48,580 nucleotides of DNA from Deltaproteobacteria bacterium (GTDB lineage: Bacteria > Desulfobacterota > Binatia > UBA12015). The stretch spans positions 1-48,580 of the forward strand of contig JAYGCM010000056.1 in assembly GCA_046583355.1 (NCBI GenBank), written 5' to 3'. A program made the position numbers and the translations under genes. The notes beneath the pieces are model-generated. The model saw nothing but the letters and a program-made list of their open reading frames with translations, was not told the DNA's origin and did no database searches. Below are positions 45,379 through 48,580 of the stretch, piece after piece. The first letter of the stretch is position 1. Every line of letters begins with the position of its first letter.

Positions 45379-46371
45379 ATGCAGAGCGCAGCAATTCAGA
45401 CACCTGAGAGTTATACCGAGAAAATCCGTGCACAGCTCGGCAATTGTCTCGTCGAGACGTCCCTGACGCAGGGAAAGAAGACGCAGGGCAAGGTGCGCGA
45501 TCAATATGATCTCGGCGACCGCATCGCGCTGATCACCACCGACCGCCAGAGTGCGTTCGACCGTGTACTCGCGGCGATTCCCTTCAAGGGGCAGGTGTTG
45601 AACCAGACCAGCGCATGGTGGTTCGAGCAGACCAAACACATCGTCGCGAACCAGGTTCTGAGTATTCCCGACCCGAACGTGACGATCGCTGCGAAATGCG
45701 AAGTCTTCCCGATCGAGTTCGTGATGCGCGGCTATATCACCGGCTCGACGAGCACCTCGCTCTGGACCGTCTACAAAGATGGCGATCGCAACTATTGCGG
45801 CAACGCGCTGCCCGAGGGGTTGCGCAAGAACCAGAAGCTCGCGGCGAATCTCATCACGCCGACCACCAAGGAAGCCGACCACGACCGGCCGATCGCGCCG
45901 CCCGAGATCGTCTCCGAGGGCTGGATGAGCGAGGCCGATTGGACGAAATGCCGCGATATCGCCTTTGAACTCTTCGCCTTCGGGCAGAAGGTTGCCGCGG
46001 AGCACGGGCTCATTCTCGTCGATACCAAATACGAGATGGGGCGCGACGCCGCCGGCAATATCCTGCTGATCGACGAGATCCATACGCCGGACTCCAGCCG
46101 CTATTGGCTGGCGGATTCCTACGAAGAGCGCATGACGGCGGGCGGGGAGCCGGAGAATATCGACAAGGAATTCCTTCGTCTCTGGTTCAAGGACAATTGC
46201 GACCCTTATAACGACGCGCAGCTGCCCGAGGCCCCGGCCGAACTCGTGGTCGAACTCTCGCGCCGCTATATTCATCTCTACGAGAAGATCACCGGGCAGA
46301 GCTTCGCGTTTCCGGACGCAGGTACGCCGATTGGCGACCGGCTCCGAACCAACATTGAGAAAGCATCATGA
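45379..46371 (+). CDS. purC: Phosphoribosylaminoimidazole-succinocarboxamide (SAICAR) synthase
   Basis: GKVRD, TDRQSAFD, PFKG, LVDTKYEMG, DEIHTPDSSRYW; GGAGG before ATG 45379. Confidence 0.96.
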   Translation: MQSAAIQTPESYTEKIRAQLGNCLVETSLTQGKKTQGKVRDQYDLGDRIALITTDRQSAFDRVLAAIPFKGQVLNQTSAWWFEQTKHIVANQVLSIPDPNVTIAAKCEVFPIEFVMRGYITGSTSTSLWTVYKDGDRNYCGNALPEGLRKNQKLAANLITPTTKEADHDRPIAPPEIVSEGWMSEADWTKCRDIAFELFAFGQKVAAEHGLILVDTKYEMGRDAAGNILLIDEIHTPDSSRYWLADSYEERMTAGGEPENIDKEFLRLWFKDNCDPYNDAQLPEAPAELVVELSRRYIHLYEKITGQSFAFPDAGTPIGDRLRTNIEKAS

Positions 46372-46751
46372 AAGCAATTCTGATCATGGGCTCGACGGCC
46401 GACGAGCCTTGGGCAAAGCAAATCACCGACGGCCTCGACGCGCGTGGCGTCGCCTGGGAGCAGCATGCCGCCTCGGCTCATAAAGAGCCGCGCAAGGTCC
46501 TGGAGATTCTCGACACCAACGCGGGCCAGGCGGGCCTAGTCTACATCACGATCGCCGGGCGCTCCAACGCGCTCTCGGGCTTTGTGGGCGCGAACTCAAC
46601 TCAGCCGACGATCGCTTGCCCGCCCTTCAAGGACAAGATGGATATGCTCGTGAATATCCACTCGACCTTGCAGATGCCGAGCAAGACGCCGGTTCTGACC
46701 ATCCTCGACCCCGATAATTGCGCCGAGGCGGTCGCACGGATTCTTAAATAG
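46368..46751 (+). CDS. purE: AIR carboxylase family protein (class II PurE-like)
   Basis: IMGSTAD, SAHK, IAGRSNAL, STLQMPS; ATGA overlap with purC. Confidence 0.88.
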   Translation: MKAILIMGSTADEPWAKQITDGLDARGVAWEQHAASAHKEPRKVLEILDTNAGQAGLVYITIAGRSNALSGFVGANSTQPTIACPPFKDKMDMLVNIHSTLQMPSKTPVLTILDPDNCAEAVARILK

Positions 46752-46779
46752 AGGTCCGGCCTTTGCACCGGGGCGAGTT

Positions 46780-48003
46780 TCAGCTCTGCCGATCCGGCGC
46801 GTAGGCATTGGCGCCATAGGCCGCGCAGAAGGCCTCTTCGTCGCCGGCGTAGAGCGGATCTTCGGCGACCAGGGCCGGGCGCACCGCTGCCCAGAATCTG
46901 TTCGGCAACAGTTCGTCGCCCATATATTTTCCGACTAGGACCATATCCAGGCCGGGGTGACCGACGATATATTGACCGAAGAGTCCAGCCGCACTCCAAG
47001 CTCCGATATCGAATTGCTGTTCGCAGGAGAGGCCGCTTGGGTAGTCGCAATCGGGCGCCTCGGAAAGCTCGCCATGCGGGTATTCGTTCCACAGGGCGGC
47101 CGGCGTACAGGTTCCGAAGAACCCCGGGTTAGACGGTGAGGAGAGCCAGGTGAGGTAGCCGTAACTCCCGTTGGCATCCTCGAAGGACGGATGGGTGAGA
47201 CGGTAGAGGTAATCCTCCGCAAGAATTCGCTCGCCGTTCCAGGTGCCCTTATTGAGCATCATCAGACCGAGACGGGCCATATCATGGAGAGTGCTGGCCC
47301 AGGTGAAGGCGAAGATCTTGTCGGCCCCGCCCGGTTGGGTCGGATCGCCGGGTGTGGCGCTGCCCCAGGTCGACTCGTGCATGCCCAGCGGCGTGAAGAG
47401 AAAGCGCTGTGTGAACTCATCGAGGTTCGCGCCGAGCCGCTCCGGGTCCTGCTGGATCGCGGTGTTCAAAATATCGCTCAGGCGGTTGATCTCGCGGTCG
47501 CCGATGGTGTCATAGATGAAGCGGCGGTTCGGGAAGGTCAGGTCCTCATTGAAGCCGACCATGCCAAGGATATGGCCGATATGGGCATCGGGGTTGAAGG
47601 TGAAATCATCGAGCCAATGATCGGCCCGGTTGTTTACGTCGAGCGGACCGGTTTTGCGACCATCAAGCGGTAGATCGCGTGTTTGCCAGGCGGCGATACC
47701 GGTGACGACGGCGCCGAGTGTTTTGGTGGCGGAGAAGACCTCCTCGGGCCGGTCTTCACCGTTCGGGTACTCTTCTTCCGGGTAATATTCGTGGCAAAGC
47801 CTGCCGTACCGAACGATCGCGTAGGCAGCGCCGAGCTCGCGGTCTGCTTCCTCGAGAAGGTCGGGGTCGAGGCCGCAGACGGCGCGGACCTCGTCGCGCG
47901 CCACCAGCTCCCAGGCGCCCGTACCAGGATCAACTGTGGGTGGGGCATCACTGCAGGCAGCGACGAAGAGAAGCAATACGACCAATGAGATGGGTTTCCG
48001 CAT
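46780..48003 (-). CDS. Serine hydrolase (beta-lactamase/penicillin-binding fold) lipoprotein
   Basis: Lipobox VAAC, FSATK (SxxK), LFTPLGM, DMARLG, YGYLTW, AGLFGQ. Confidence 0.85.
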   Translation of the reverse strand: MRKPISLVVLLLFVAACSDAPPTVDPGTGAWELVARDEVRAVCGLDPDLLEEADRELGAAYAIVRYGRLCHEYYPEEEYPNGEDRPEEVFSATKTLGAVVTGIAAWQTRDLPLDGRKTGPLDVNNRADHWLDDFTFNPDAHIGHILGMVGFNEDLTFPNRRFIYDTIGDREINRLSDILNTAIQQDPERLGANLDEFTQRFLFTPLGMHESTWGSATPGDPTQPGGADKIFAFTWASTLHDMARLGLMMLNKGTWNGERILAEDYLYRLTHPSFEDANGSYGYLTWLSSPSNPGFFGTCTPAALWNEYPHGELSEAPDCDYPSGLSCEQQFDIGAWSAAGLFGQYIVGHPGLDMVLVGKYMGDELLPNRFWAAVRPALVAEDPLYAGDEEAFCAAYGANAYAPDRQS

Positions 48004-48303
48004 GCCGAATGCTCTACGCGAAAGGGCACCACGTTGTCACGTGCGACGGGTCAACCGGCCCGATGGGTGGAGGCACCGACTCAAGAGCTGGACCAACGCG
48101 ACATTGGACAATAGTCGAGACAGCATCAGGTGATCCTGCATGCATCGTTTCTGCCGTACTGTGTGCGCCGCGGCGACGGATTTATCGGGTGCGCTACCTC
48201 GGAGCGCAAGTGGAATTTATGTCCAGCGCGGATTCCACTGTTGCCCGGAATGAAACACCCATGCTCTGATGTCCCCAGCCGCTTCTTGGGTGGCGCAATT
48301 CCC

Positions 48304-48580
48304 ATGACGTTCCCAACTTCTGAAACTCCCATCCGCGACCTGGTCGCGATTTTCAGCTTGTCTTTCCTCGTGGCTCTGCCGGCAACCTCCGGAGCGGCGT
48401 GGAATTTCACCGACGTCACGGCGACCGCGGGGGTATCCTATGTACACGGCTTTGCTGGTGCCATGGATATGCACGACCCGCGTGCCCTCGGCGGCGGTGT
48501 CGCGGTCGGTGATTTTGATGCCGACGGCTGGCCCGACATCTACGCGGTTGCCGGCTCGGCGGGAGCGAACCATCTTTTCC
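48304..48580 (+). CDS. Secreted FG-GAP-repeat protein (CRTAC1/ASPIC-UnbV-like), 3' end outside window
   Basis: Not in the ORF track (no stop). Translates to a signal peptide, FTDVTATAG, GGGVAVGDFDADGWPDIY, NHLF. Confidence 0.85.
   Translation, partial: MTFPTSETPIRDLVAIFSLSFLVALPATSGAAWNFTDVTATAGVSYVHGFAGAMDMHDPRALGGGVAVGDFDADGWPDIYAVAGSAGANHLF

Noticed and set aside
1..48580. rRNA, tRNA, CRISPR array, transposase, integrase, prophage or defence genes
   Set aside because: None recognised; intergenic spaces are short. A divergent ncRNA cannot be excluded without a covariance-model search.

Overview
A GC-rich, gene-dense bacterial chromosome segment of about 40 genes. lpxA indicates a diderm; the gene repertoire suggests a deltaproteobacterial or Candidatus Binatia-like lineage, which is inference only. 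It holds (i) lipid and aromatic metabolism genes (P450, thiolase, SDR, esterases, WS/DGAT, alkyl sulfatase, carotenoid oxygenase); (ii) a closely packed housekeeping run hemE-hemH-hemY-tmk-holB-PSP1/ricT-metG, plus hemD, yacG, lpxA and purC-purE; (iii) exported redox proteins, including two paralogous fusions of a heme-c-like domain with a PHM/DBH-type copper monooxygenase domain, and a cytochrome c/beta-propeller/DUF1080 protein; and (iv) a decayed cluster at 42.3-45.3 kb whose genes appear internally deleted. The strongest signal outside the ORF track is non-coding: a 167-bp fold-back element bounded by CTAG (42152-42318) with 21-bp terminal inverted repeats. Its arms recur at several other intergenic sites. 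Two half-copies follow apparent gene scars (palindrome + ATG + about 13-15 codons) and create sigma70-like promoters in front of the thiolase and purC. No rRNA, tRNA, CRISPR array or transposase gene was recognised. All family calls come from motif recognition by eye, not database searches.
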